Assembly (NCBI GenBank): GCA_047601445.1
Contig: JASGJH010000001.1
Coordinates: forward strand, 7,392,001 to 7,456,000
Direction of reading: 5' to 3'
DNA: 64,000 nucleotides
Source: Myxococcales bacterium
Lineage (GTDB): Bacteria > Myxococcota_A > Polyangia > Polyangiales > DASUME01
Numbering within the stretch: the stretch's first letter is position 1; the number at the start of each line of letters is the position of its first letter. Below, in pieces: positions 1 to 9,722 of this stretch. A model generated the notes under the pieces. It saw nothing but the letters and a program-made list of their open reading frames with translations. It searched no databases and had not been told where the DNA came from. The translations under genes were made by a program, and so were the position numbers.

Positions 1-273
1 CTCAGCGGCCTTCGCTCCAAGGGACGTGCGGAGGGCATCACCGACCCCCGTGAGGACACGCGAACTTGGCTAACGGCGGGGCTCTCGGCCTACGGGGGGT
101 GGATGTTTCGTTCGCTATTCGAAATAAGCCTGGAGCTGGGCGCCAACCTCGCCATGAGCCCGCGCCCTCGCTACACGATCGCGACGGATCGAGAGGTAGC
201 GCACGCGGGCCTGGGATCCGGCTATGCGAGACTCGGCCTCGGCGTACGATTTCGCTGACGGAAAGGCGCCCCC

Positions 274-849
274 GTGGCCATCAGGGATTTGATGAGTGCG
301 CCTCTTACGCGCGTGGGCTCGGCCGAAGCCGCGGTACCTCGCGGGCAAGAACGATCCTTCGAGGCACTCTACGACGCCCACTTCGACTTTGCCTGGCGCA
401 CCCTGAGGCGCCTGGGGGTGCACGTGTCCGTGCTCGATGACGCCGCCCAGGACACCTTCGTCGTTCTGCACCGGAGACTCTCGGAGCTGCGCCCCGACGC
501 CTCTCCTCGCGCCTTCGTGTTCGCCATTGCCCAGCGCGTCGCCCACGACTATCGCCGCTCGGCCCGCCGCAAGCCCACGAGCTCGCTCGAGGCGGAGATC
601 GTCTCGCGCGAGGCGAGTCCCTTCGAGGACACGGCCAAGGCCCAGGCGAGCCGGCTGGTGCAGCGCTTCCTCGGCGAGCTCGACGAAGACAAGCGAGCCG
701 TGTTCATGCTGGCGGATCTCGAAGAGATGAGCGCACCGGAGATCAGTGAAGCCCTGGCGGTGAACCTCAACACGGTCTACTCCCGCTTGCGCGCTGCGCG
801 GCAGCGTCTGGTGGAATTTCTCGAGAAGGAAGGAGCGCACCGTGGTTGA
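274..849 (+). CDS. ECF RNA polymerase sigma-70 factor
   Basis: Region 2 (LYDAHFDFAWRTLRRLGV..DDAAQDTF) and region 4 (EISEALAVNLNTVYSRLRAAR); start may be ATG 292. Confidence 0.92.
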   Translation: MAIRDLMSAPLTRVGSAEAAVPRGQERSFEALYDAHFDFAWRTLRRLGVHVSVLDDAAQDTFVVLHRRLSELRPDASPRAFVFAIAQRVAHDYRRSARRKPTSSLEAEIVSREASPFEDTAKAQASRLVQRFLGELDEDKRAVFMLADLEEMSAPEISEALAVNLNTVYSRLRAARQRLVEFLEKEGAHRG

Positions 850-1597
850 TCTGCCTCCGGACGCCAAGCGGCTCCTGGCCCTGGCTCGAGATGCCGACAA
901 TCCACCGCCCGGCGCTCGCGAAGAAGTGCGGCGCGCGGCCCTGGCCACGCTGGCTGCGGGCGGCCCTTCGCCGACGAGTTTGAATGCGCCTCCGAGTGGA
1001 GCGCAACCGTGGGGGCTACTCGGGAAGCTCAAGGTGTTCTTGGCCGCTTTCACCTTGGCGGGCGTGGGCTTGCTCGGCTATCGAGCCACCCATTCCGAGG
1101 TTGCCTCGGTGGAGGTGCGCAGTGCGGCGAGCCCCACGAGCGGGTTGCAGTTGCGCCCCGAGGTTGCGCCCCTGCTTCTCCAGTCACCTTCCGTGAAGCC
1201 CTTGCTCGGCGCCGCGGCGCCGCCTTCGGTCGAGGCGTCCCCACCGGTACACGCCCCCGCGCGAGCGCAACGTCCGGCGGTGCGCGAGCTGCCGCGGCTC
1301 GACTTGAAAGGCGACATGGCGCTGCTCGAGCGCGCCACCGATGCGCTCTCTCATCAGCGTGCCCAGATCGCTCTGGACTTGCTGGCCCAGCACCGCGCTC
1401 GCTTCGCTACCACGGCGTTTCCCGACGAGCGCGCGGGGCTCACCGTGATCGCCCACTGTCAGTTGGGCACGGCATCCGCTGCCGTCGAAGCCACGGGCTT
1501 CCTGCGCAGTACGCCCGGGTCGCTGCTCGCTGCGCGCGTGCGCTCGGCCTGCGGCGTCGAGGGGCAGCCCGAGCACCAACCCAAGGAGACGCGATGA
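842..1597 (+). CDS. Putative membrane-anchored anti-sigma factor (myxobacterial type)
   Basis: Overlaps the sigma stop; one TM segment, Pro/Ala linker, C-terminal helical domain (ERAGLTVIAHCQLG). Confidence 0.7.
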   Translation: MVDLPPDAKRLLALARDADNPPPGAREEVRRAALATLAAGGPSPTSLNAPPSGAQPWGLLGKLKVFLAAFTLAGVGLLGYRATHSEVASVEVRSAASPTSGLQLRPEVAPLLLQSPSVKPLLGAAAPPSVEASPPVHAPARAQRPAVRELPRLDLKGDMALLERATDALSHQRAQIALDLLAQHRARFATTAFPDERAGLTVIAHCQLGTASAAVEATGFLRSTPGSLLAARVRSACGVEGQPEHQPKETR

Positions 1598-1932
1598 AGA
1601 CGCTCCGGGTACTCGCGTGCCTGGTGTGTCTCGTCGGCTGCGACGCCTTCCAGACCGGTTCGCTCGGCGACGATCGCGAAGACCTGAGCGACGCAGGAGT
1701 GGGCTCTCCAGAGCAGCAATCGATGGCGGACTCAGGCGCGCGAGATGGCGGCACGAAGATCCCCTCCGAAAAGGACCCACCCGTGGCCCGCGCCGACGCC
1801 GGTGATGGCGACGACGGCGACAAGCACGACGACGACGACGACCCGGACGCGGGAGCTGACGCCGGAAGCGACGCGGGGACGAGTCTCCTGTGCCGTCTCT
1901 CGCCCCATGAGTGCATGGAGCACGGTCTCTGA
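1594..1932 (+). CDS. Small Asp-rich putative lipoprotein
   Basis: ATGA overlap with the upstream stop, AGGAG RBS, lipobox-like CLVGC, DAG/poly-Asp linker. Confidence 0.65.
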   Translation: MKTLRVLACLVCLVGCDAFQTGSLGDDREDLSDAGVGSPEQQSMADSGARDGGTKIPSEKDPPVARADAGDGDDGDKHDDDDDPDAGADAGSDAGTSLLCRLSPHECMEHGL

Positions 1933-1949
1933 CCCGTCACGCGTGTCGC

Positions 1950-2390
1950 TCAACGCGCGCGCAAAGCCAGTGCCACCGTCTCCTGCGCGCCGCCGAGTTG
2001 GCGATACATGTGCTCGGCCGTGGCCACGATCCGACGCGGTAGCTCGGCGCAGGACTGCGAGCAGCGCAGGTGCGCGATGCCGTTGCGCCCGTCGGGTAAC
2101 GTCCACAGCAAGGTCGCGTGTTGGTGCCCGAGCATCACGGACAGCTGACCGAGCTTCGCGTGGCGAGCTTTGCCGTGCGCGCTGACCTTCACGCCCAGCG
2201 AAGCCTCGAGTGAGCGCACCAGATCACTCGTCTGTAGCCGCGCATCGCGGCCGGCCGAACCCACGACGACCAAGGCGAGGCCCGGACGTGCTGCGGCATT
2301 CAGGCGCGTATCCGATGCGTGCGCGTGGGATGCCACGAGCACGAGCGAGAAGAGACTCAACAGGACGTACGCAGCGATGGGGCGGGGCAT
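1950..2390 (-). CDS. Hypothetical secreted protein
   Basis: Signal-peptide-like N-terminus MPRPIAAYVLLSLFSLVLVASHAHA after an AGGAG-like RBS. Confidence 0.55.
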   Translation of the reverse strand: MPRPIAAYVLLSLFSLVLVASHAHASDTRLNAAARPGLALVVVGSAGRDARLQTSDLVRSLEASLGVKVSAHGKARHAKLGQLSVMLGHQHATLLWTLPDGRNGIAHLRCSQSCAELPRRIVATAEHMYRQLGGAQETVALALRAR

Positions 2391-2790
2391 CGGGGGGAGC
2401 TCCTTGGGACCGTCGCAAGCGGTCTTGTCCGCACACTTCCGCAAACCACGTGCCACCCCCGCGCGCGAGGCCGACAAGCGTTCTTGTCGGGCGCGTCGTT
2501 CGCCCGGAATCTCCCAGCTTTCCGTGGGTCGATGTGGGGCAGTAAACCAGCGGTGGCGGGTGCACCCATGACCTCGAAAGGTCGCTTGGGGGCAGGCCGC
2601 TCCCTCAACGTGGTCGAGCCTGCGTGGCAGAGCGCCACGATCCGAGGCGACTTGGTCGAATGCGCATTTTCAGGCCATGGAATGAGCCGCAGCGTGCAAC
2701 CAACCACCACCGAACATGTCCCAATTCCGACCGTCGCTGCGCAACACACCTACCTTTCGAAGCTGCATGTCGTTCGTTACCCTGGCCGGA

Positions 2791-5168
2791 ATGGCGGGAA
2801 AGAAGGGCCTGGGAAGGAAGCGTGCGCTGCCCCTGCGCGCGTGGACGCTTGCAAGCTGTGTCGTCGCGTTGGGTGCTTGCAGCGATAGCGCCAAGCATTC
2901 GAGCCCCGAAGCCAGCGAGTTTGCCTTGAGCGGCCGTGCCTTTGGTAGCGACGTCGGTCAACCGATCGTCGGAGCCGGCGTAGCCATCGGCAAGAAGAGC
3001 GTGAACACCGACGCGCAGGGCGGCTTCGAGCTGACCTACACGCAGGACGACGGCACCAAGCTGATCGTGAGCGAGAAGGAATATGCGCCGGTAAGCAAGG
3101 AGGCTCCCGCGGGTAAGGGCTACCTCGAGGTGTTCGCCAAGCGCATCGACGCGAGCGTGAAGATCGACGCGGACAAGGGAGGCTCCGTGCGCTCCAGCAA
3201 GGGCGCTGGCGTCTCCGTGAAGGCGGGCTCGCTCGTGGACAAGGACGGCGTGAGCAGCAAGATGGCCGAGCTGTCGGTGGCGGCTCCCGACTCCAAGCGC
3301 ACCAAGGAGCTCGCCACGTTGCCTGGCGACTTCGACGCCAAGGGCAAAGGCGTCACCGGCAAGCTCTCGGCCGGCTCGGCAGTGTTCGTCGGGGCCCGTG
3401 AGGACGACAAGGCGCTCGAGCTGGTGCAGGGACAGAAGGCGACCCTCACCGTTCCGGTGCACGAGAAGAAGAAGGCCGCCGAGCCCACGCTCTACTGGTT
3501 CGACGAGGCACAGAACGCGTGGTTGGAGCTAGGGCCTGCGGTCGCCGCGGACGACAGCGAAGGTCTATCGGTGTACAGCGCGGAGATCGATCGACTGGGT
3601 TGGTTCGCGGTGGGCGAGTTGATCAGCGAGCTCACGTGCCTCCACGTGTGCGTGGAGCAGGCGGATCAACAGCCGGCGCGGTTTGCGCAAGTGGTGGCGA
3701 GCGGCGTGGAGTTGTTCACGCGCAGCAGCGCGTTCGCGGGCGAGGATGGCTGTGCAGTGGTCGAGGTCCCAGCGCACGCGCAGGTCACGTTGAGCGCCCA
3801 GGCGCGAAGCGGGGCGGCGCCGGCCGTGGTGTTCGCCACCGGCAGTGGCGGCCAGGTCGCTGATGGGGCCAGCTGCCAAGCGGCGCCCAAGCTCGTGCTG
3901 AGCGCGCCGGCCGCAGGGAGTTGCCCGCTCGGGTTCACGCCGTGCGCGGGCGCATGCATCGATCCCACGGACGATCCGCTGCACTGCGGCACCTGCGACG
4001 TGAGCTGCGCCGCGGAGGCCTGTGTGGCGGGGGCGTGCGGCGATCCAGTTGCACAACCTGACGCGGGCAGCGTCGACGCGGGGGGGACTCCGACGCGAGC
4101 ACGCCCGAGCTCGACGGCGGTGGCATGCTTGGGTCCGATGCCAGCGCCTGTTTCTTCCACCCTGGGCTCGCGCCTGACGTGGGAACCGTGGGTACGAACT
4201 TGGTGCCGTTCGTGTTCTTCACGCTGTGGGTCGACCCAGTGAACGGCAGCGACACCGCCGACGGCTCCATGGCCACGCCGATCAAGACCATCAAGCATGC
4301 GCTGCAGCAGATCGCGCCTGGCGACCTGGCCGATATCCACCTCAAGGACGGCACCTACAACGCCGCGAGCGGCGAGACCTTCCCCATCACGCTGCCCGCA
4401 GGCGTGTCGCTCCAGGGCTCGACCAGCTCGGTGATCGCGGGCTCGGGGGCCTACGCCGGCAACGCCACCGCCGTGGTAGCCGAGGGCGGCAACACCATCA
4501 CCAGCGTCACCTTCGACGTGGGCGCCCCCTCCAACACCTATGGCGTGATCAGCACGAGCGGCGTCAGCATCAGCTCGAGCACGTTCCGCAACGGCTTCGG
4601 CGGCGTGTTCGCGTCGAGCGGTGATGTGACCATTAGCCTGACCACCTTCGACACCACGGGCGTCGGCGTGTATCGCTGCGGGGCGGGCAGCATCGTCAAC
4701 TCCACCTTCGTCGCGATGTCGACTCCGATCTTGTTGACCGACGGCTCATGCACGCTTCAGGACAACCAGATTGGCGGCAGCGGTGGCGTAGGCGTGGAGA
4801 TGCAGTCCACGGGCGTCCACAGCTTGGTCCACAACACCTTCGCTCGCGGGGCCGGCTACACGAATGGCGCGGTCCACATGAGCGGCGCAGTCCAGGTCGT
4901 CATGCGCAACAACGATATCCAGGCAGTGGCGCAGGTCGCGGTCTTCAGTGAAGACATGACCTATCTCGATCTCGGCACGCCGAGTGATCCGGGGCAAAAC
5001 AAGCTTGGTCGCGTGGATGCCGTGGGCATCGATCACCGCTCGAGTGCCACGATTCCCGCTTTTGGAAACACCTGGGCACACGAGCCTCCCGCCGCAAACG
5101 TAGACATCAAGCAGTTTCCGGGGGCGGGGCAGGTAGCTGTGGCTGCTGGCGACTTCTGCGCCATTTGA
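2791..5168 (+). CDS. Large surface lipoprotein (Ig-like region, Cys-rich repeat, DUF1565-like beta-helix), split by a frameshift at about 4080-4086
   Basis: Lipobox VVALGAC; CIDPTDDPLHCGTC repeat; WVDPVNGSDTADGSMATPIKTIKHAL. Adding one G to the G7 run joins ORFs 2716-4242 and 4125-5168 through a DAGGDSDAS linker. Confidence 0.75.
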
Positions 5169-5199
5169 GCGGAGCTCGCGACTTCAAATGAGCGAAGCT

Positions 5200-5403
5200 T
5201 CAGTGCCCAAGTAGGTCGTGCAAAGCATTGTTCAGGCGCGACGTGGCTGCGGGCTGAGCGGTCGTCTCGTTGTCGGTCGGCGATTGCTGCTGGCGGACGT
5301 AGCTACGCGCAGCCATCACCATCATCGAGGTGGTGGTGGCGATGAAGAGCGCGCAAACGGCGAAACAGCGCCAACGACTAGTCGGCTTGGGCTGGCTGCT
5401 CAT
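5200..5403 (-). CDS. Small hypothetical membrane protein
   Basis: Short ORF with one hydrophobic segment; no recognisable family. Confidence 0.35.
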   Translation of the reverse strand: MSSQPKPTSRWRCFAVCALFIATTTSMMVMAARSYVRQQQSPTDNETTAQPAATSRLNNALHDLLGH

Positions 5404-5565
5404 ATTTTCACTATGCCCCGTCTCCTCTGAGTCTGCTCGCTCGAGAGGAGGAGAGAGCGGCGATTCAAAGCGGGTGGACACGCATCTTGCCTGCGTGCCC
5501 GCAAGCGAGACGGTTGTGCACGCGTTCCACGTGTCTCGGTGGTGCGCGGTCCGCCATTGCAGCCA

Positions 5566-7092
5566 TCAGCGCCGCGCGCGCCGCACCCGCTCGCCGAACA
5601 CGCTCTGGGGATAGGCCGACAGAAACGCGTCCGCGGCGCGCTCGGCCTCGGGCTGACTGCCGAGCGCATAAAGCGCCATCACTTCGATGTAGCGACGTTC
5701 TTCCGTGAGGTAATCGGAGCGGCCGTGGGTGGCCACCTTGCGTACGATGGCGAGCGCCTGGGCGGGATTGGAGCGCAGGAGACTCTCGGCGCGTCCGAGT
5801 GCCTGAGCTTCGAGGACCTCGTCGATGGCCGGCACGGACGCCTCGGCAGGTTCTGCTGGCGCCTGTTTGCGCGGCTCCGCGGGCGTTTCCTGGGCGGCCT
5901 CGGACTGGGTGTTCGCTGTGCGCTCCGTGCTGCGCGCGCGGCTCTCCGTGCTGCGAGCCTCCGTGCGGCCCACGCGCGAGCCAACGCGCGGTGAGCTCAC
6001 CACGAGCGCTCCGCTCGTTGTTGGGCTGGCCGCGTTGTCTCCGCGGCGAGACCCCTCGCGCTGCACGCGGGCAGCGCCTTGAGTGACCTCTTCGCTTGCT
6101 GGCTCGGTCGCGTCGGGGCTGACCTGTAGTGGCAACGCGGACGGCACATTCTCCGCTGCGGTCGCCGCGCTTGGTTCTGCAAGCTCGGCCGCAGGCGGCG
6201 GTTCCGCTCGGCTCGGCAAGAGCTGAAGCGCGGCGAGGAGCGCGGCGCCACTCATGGTGAGCACGATCGCGACCTTGGTGCCCGCCATCGATCCCAACAA
6301 ACCTGGAGCCGCCTGCGGTGCGACCGACGCCGCGCTCCCCGAGCCCGATGGCAAGCGCGCCACGCGGTCGAGGTGGCGCGCGAGCTCGCTCGGCACGTCG
6401 TAGGAGAACGGCATCTCCTTGGCGGTCGCCCGCAAGAGTTCCTGAGCCTCCGAGCCTCGCCACGCAGGCGCAAACCATCCCATGGCCATCGTGAGCATCC
6501 TCGCGCTGCGGGCGAATACCGGTGCAGGCGACGCCCCACGCTCGCGTGCCGCGCGGGGCCGTTCGAGCGCCGCATCCACACCGACCAGGGCACGCTGGAA
6601 CTTCTTGCGAGCTTCGTGCAGCCGCCAATACACCGTGCCCACCGGGACCCCCATGGCTTGCCCAATCGAGGCGCAGGTCTCTTCTTCTGCGTCGGCCAAC
6701 AGCAGCGTCGCGCGCAGCTCGGGCTCGAGCTTGTCGAGCGCGCGCTGCAGACGCACCAAGGAGTCGTGGGTCTGGAGCGTGAGCTCCGGGTCCTGTTCCC
6801 GTGCGAGCAGCTCGTCCGGCTCGGTGCTCGCGAGTCGAGATGCTTGCGCGCGGGCCTTGCGACGCTGCGCAGAAGCGGCGTTGACGGCGATGGCGGCCAA
6901 GTAGCTCGTGGGCTTGGCCGGTCCACGACGGTAGCCACCCCGCTGATGCACCACCAGGAACACCTCCTGCACAGTGTCCTGGATCGCATCCGCCGGCACC
7001 CCGAGTCGAAACAGGAAGCGCGCCACGAACGCGCCGTGCTCTCGAAAGAGCTCCGCTGCGCTCATGTCGCCCTGCTCGGACCGTTCGGCCAT
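5566..7092 (-). CDS. ECF sigma factor fused to a TM-containing anti-sigma-like domain
   Basis: GGAG RBS before ATG 7092; sigma regions 2 and 4 (GVPVGTVYWRLHEARKKF), then no stop, a TM segment, a Pro/Ala linker and a C-terminal helical domain. Confidence 0.8.
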   Translation of the reverse strand: MAERSEQGDMSAAELFREHGAFVARFLFRLGVPADAIQDTVQEVFLVVHQRGGYRRGPAKPTSYLAAIAVNAASAQRRKARAQASRLASTEPDELLAREQDPELTLQTHDSLVRLQRALDKLEPELRATLLLADAEEETCASIGQAMGVPVGTVYWRLHEARKKFQRALVGVDAALERPRAARERGASPAPVFARSARMLTMAMGWFAPAWRGSEAQELLRATAKEMPFSYDVPSELARHLDRVARLPSGSGSAASVAPQAAPGLLGSMAGTKVAIVLTMSGAALLAALQLLPSRAEPPPAAELAEPSAATAAENVPSALPLQVSPDATEPASEEVTQGAARVQREGSRRGDNAASPTTSGALVVSSPRVGSRVGRTEARSTESRARSTERTANTQSEAAQETPAEPRKQAPAEPAEASVPAIDEVLEAQALGRAESLLRSNPAQALAIVRKVATHGRSDYLTEERRYIEVMALYALGSQPEAERAADAFLSAYPQSVFGERVRRARR

Positions 7093-7154
7093 CGACTCCT
7101 CCGCTGAGTGGAGGTCACCTTTCAGATGAAACCTTGGCGAATTCGTCATCGCAC

Positions 7155-8072
7155 TCAAAAATGATACGAAGGGCCCGCTCCCAGCGTGAAGCCGAGTCGC
7201 GGCAGCGTGCGCATGCCTGCCAGGGTGCCCGCCTCGCTCTCCACCCCAAAGCTCACCTTGTTCAGGGGGACCACCAGGCTCGCCGGCAGCTCCAACCACC
7301 AAGGGCCCGAGACTCTCACCGATAGCGCGAGGCTGTTCGAGGCGGCAAGCCACGCCAGCCACTCCGAGTGCGACTCTTTGTAACCCTGCCCACGCGCTTG
7401 AAGCGCGCCGATGGCGAGGCCGAGGCAGGCGCGCGCGCTCAGCGAGCCAGCGATGGGAAACAGCGCACAAGCGGAGAGCTGTCCGGAGAGCAGCAAGCTA
7501 CGAAAGACTCCTGGAGCGGTGTCGAATCCGGCCGCGCCCGCGGCATCGGCGAAGCCCTCGGCGCGCAGCCCAAAACGTGTCCCGAGCGCTCGCGACCCCG
7601 CCAGCCCTGCGCCCAAGGAAACCCGCGGCAAGAGGCCGAAGCCCACGCGCGCCAGCAGGCTCGCGCCTTGTTTATCGGTGCTGCCGGTGGCGCCGAGATC
7701 ACTCAGCAGCTCGTCGCGCAGGGATGCCTTCAGCCCCATGGCGATGGCCACCGCGAGGCTGGCTTCGAGCTGCGTGCACACGAAGGGTGCGGGCTGAAAG
7801 CGGCGTTTGCCCAGGATGGTCGCGCCGCGTCGGATCTCCATGGTGACATCGCGTGGATCCTGGGGACTGCCGATCACGTCGACGCCGAGATCGGCGTCCA
7901 CCCGATCGCTGCGCAGCCAGGCTTCCACTTGAGGCACCAGCGACTCCGTTTGCACGCAGGTCGCGCCCGCCTGCACGCGGATGGCTTCGGACAGCGGCCG
8001 TCGATCCCGCGCATGGGCCACGCCACCGGCGAGCATGGTGAGCATGCCCACCAACACCACCGGCGCCGCCAT
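7155..8072 (-). CDS. Hypothetical exported protein, possible C-terminal beta-barrel
   Basis: Signal peptide ending AHA; amphipathic strands; terminal Phe (GPSYHF). Confidence 0.65.
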   Translation of the reverse strand: MAAPVVLVGMLTMLAGGVAHARDRRPLSEAIRVQAGATCVQTESLVPQVEAWLRSDRVDADLGVDVIGSPQDPRDVTMEIRRGATILGKRRFQPAPFVCTQLEASLAVAIAMGLKASLRDELLSDLGATGSTDKQGASLLARVGFGLLPRVSLGAGLAGSRALGTRFGLRAEGFADAAGAAGFDTAPGVFRSLLLSGQLSACALFPIAGSLSARACLGLAIGALQARGQGYKESHSEWLAWLAASNSLALSVRVSGPWWLELPASLVVPLNKVSFGVESEAGTLAGMRTLPRLGFTLGAGPSYHF

Positions 8073-8331
8073 GCGTAGTACGCCCGCAAACCAGGCGCGA
8101 TCGTAGCGACGGGCGGCGCGGTCGTGAAATCTCAAGGCGAGCACGCATCCTGCCACGCGGCGCTCACCGCTCCTGTCCTGGAATTAGGCCTCACGTTCCT
8201 GTCTATTGACCTCGGTCGCGCCGCTCGGTTCCCGCGCGGGAGCGGCGGCCACTATGGGGCGCGTCTGCGTTGCCTGGGAGGCCAACTGCTCGCCGTGCCG
8301 GCCAACCCTGCTCGGCCGTGCCGAGTGGGCG

Positions 8332-9346
8332 TCAGGTCTCTGCGTCGGGGGTCGAGCGCTCGCGATAGCGGGCCGGGCTGGTTCCCGTCCAGCGTTTGAA
8401 GGCTCTCTGAAAGGTGCTCTGCTGCGCAAAACCCGTTTCGTGCGCGACCTCTTTGAGGGTCCGCAGCGGGTGTTGCAGCAGGTCGCAAGCGAGCTCGATT
8501 CTTGCTGTGCTCCACCAGCTCCGAGTACGAGACCCCTTCTTCGCTCAGGCGTCGTCGCAGGGAACGCGTGCTCATGCCCAGGGCGCGCGCGGCATCCTCC
8601 ATGGCCATCACTTCGGGCAGCTTGCGCTGCACCAGCCGCTTGAGCCGCTCCGCGTAGGTGCTCTGGCCCACCACGCGCTTCAGCACGCGCTCGGCCTGCG
8701 TGGTGAGGAACTCGTGCAGCTCTTCGTTGCGGTGTGCTTGCGGCGAGTCGAGGCCCTCGTGCTGGAACTCCATGAAGGTGTCGGCTTGCTCGAAGCACGC
8801 CCGCCCCTCGAATAGCCGCTCGTATTCGCTCGCATAGCTCGGGCGCCCATGGCTGAAGCCCACGCGCTGCACCAGTGCGCCGGACGCTGCGCCGACCACC
8901 TTCAAGAGGCGCAGCATGGAGACGGCGATCATCTCGCGTCTCATGCGCAGACCCTGCTCGGACGCGGACAGGGGCGTGAACACGAAGCGGCCGTGGTTGC
9001 CCCGCGTCTCGAACTCGACCTCGGGCTTGTCGGCGAGGATGGGTTGAAAGCGCAGGATGGCCTCGATGGCGCTCTGCAGGCTGCGCGCCTGGGCGACCAA
9101 CGGCGGCAACACGTCGTACTGCATCAGCGGCGAGTGCTCGGCCCAGTGCAGCCCCAATGCTTCGTCCCCGGTGAGCTCCAACGCGAGCTCCAGCAAGGCG
9201 TCGAATTCCTGGACCTCGAACCACGCGTAGGGATCGCTCAGTCGACCCGGCGCGAGCCCCGCCCGCTCCAGGAAGGCCTGGGAGCTCACGCCGGAGACGG
9301 TGACCGCTTCGGTGAGCGCCCGTACGTGGATGGCTGAGACCCGCAT
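8332..9346 (-). CDS. AraC-family regulator, frameshifted at about 8499
   Basis: First HTH ARALGMSTRSLRRRL; removing one base restores KIELACDLL..EVAHETGFAQQSTFQRAFKRWTGTSPARYR with a stop at 8332-8334. Confidence 0.9.
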
Positions 9347-9722
9347 GCTCCTTCGCTATCGCTCGCGGGTCGGACCCGGACGAGAGTCGCGCCGCCCGCG
9401 CGGCGTGCATCTTGGGGTGGGGTGTCCGAGGGTGTCAAGGCAGGCCGGTCCGCGCCAGGTGCCGGCACATTCTGGCGCACACGAACGGGCGCGCTCATGC
9501 CCAGCGATCTACGCGAGCGGACCACCATGCGCCGCGCGCCGCGCAGCGCTGCGCATGCCCAGCATTCTGAATCGAAATCTCATGGGCCCAGTGCCCTCCA
9601 TCGCCACGGACGGCTCATCGATCACCTCGCGGGAAGCTGCAGTTTTCGAAGCGCGAATTCACCCGGATCCAACGCCCAAGCGCATTGCTCTGCAGATGGA
9701 CGAAAGCTAGCTTCGCAAGCAC

